64,000 bases of DNA from contig JBKAGP010000001.1 in NCBI GenBank assembly GCA_046290465.1, positions 1,376,001 to 1,440,000 of the forward strand, read 5' to 3'. This DNA is from Planctomycetota bacterium (lineage in GTDB: Bacteria > Planctomycetota > UBA1135 > UBA2386). This document shows, one piece after another, positions 63,756 to 64,000 of the stretch (its first letter is position 1; each line of letters opens with the position of its first letter). Both the position numbers and the translations under genes were made by a program. The notes under the pieces are model-generated. The model saw only the letters and a program-made list of their open reading frames with translations, made no database searches and was not told the DNA's origin.

Positions 63756-64000
63756 ATGACTGAAGCTGCAGTGCAGACCGTGCTGGTCGGCGACGTGCCG
63801 TTCGGCGGCGACCACGGGTTCTCGTTGATCGCCGGACCGTGTGTGATCGAGAGCCGCGACCACATCCTCCGACACGCCGATGCCATCGTGACGACGTGCC
63901 GCGCGGCCGGCGTGCCGGTGGTGTTCAAGAGCAGCTTCGACAAGGCCAACCGCACGTCGGGCGCGGCGTTCCGCGGCCCCGGCCTCGACGAGGGCCTGGC
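63756..64000 (+). CDS. kdsA: 3-deoxy-8-phosphooctulonate (KDO-8P) synthase, 3' end runs off the window
   Basis: Manual translation: LIAGPCVIES, VFKSSFDKANRTS..FRGPGLDEGL. Confidence 0.93.
   Translation, partial: MTEAAVQTVLVGDVPFGGDHGFSLIAGPCVIESRDHILRHADAIVTTCRAAGVPVVFKSSFDKANRTSGAAFRGPGLDEGL

Overview
High-GC (roughly 70% by eye) bacterial chromosome segment, densely coding, with about 55 genes. A Planctomycetota origin is inferred (not verified) from an ECF sigma/Ser-Thr kinase pair, an FG-GAP lipoprotein, secreted proteins sharing a C-terminal domain, and kdsA. Most genes are housekeeping: translation (glnS, prfA, prmC, rpmE, rpsP, ffh), ssb, maf, thiS/thiG, two aconitases (acnB, acnA), larE, a deoxynucleoside catabolism cluster (cdd, deoC, two ALDH genes, nucleoside phosphorylase, ADH) and kdsA. 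A clear SAM-I riboswitch precedes a divergent homoserine dehydrogenase. No rRNA, tRNA, transposase, integrase, phage gene or CRISPR array was found. Best leads: (1) an ~83-bp CTAG-bounded repeat, in five copies at four loci, each locus touching a TAG stop codon; (2) a shared C-terminal domain on three unrelated secreted proteins plus a remnant, possibly a lineage-specific secretion or sorting signal; (3) an ECF sigma with an SPED motif coupled to a membrane kinase; (4) widespread apparently leaderless gene starts; (5) a deoC-linked ALDH pair split by two inserted genes. All calls come from motif recognition only; no searches were run.
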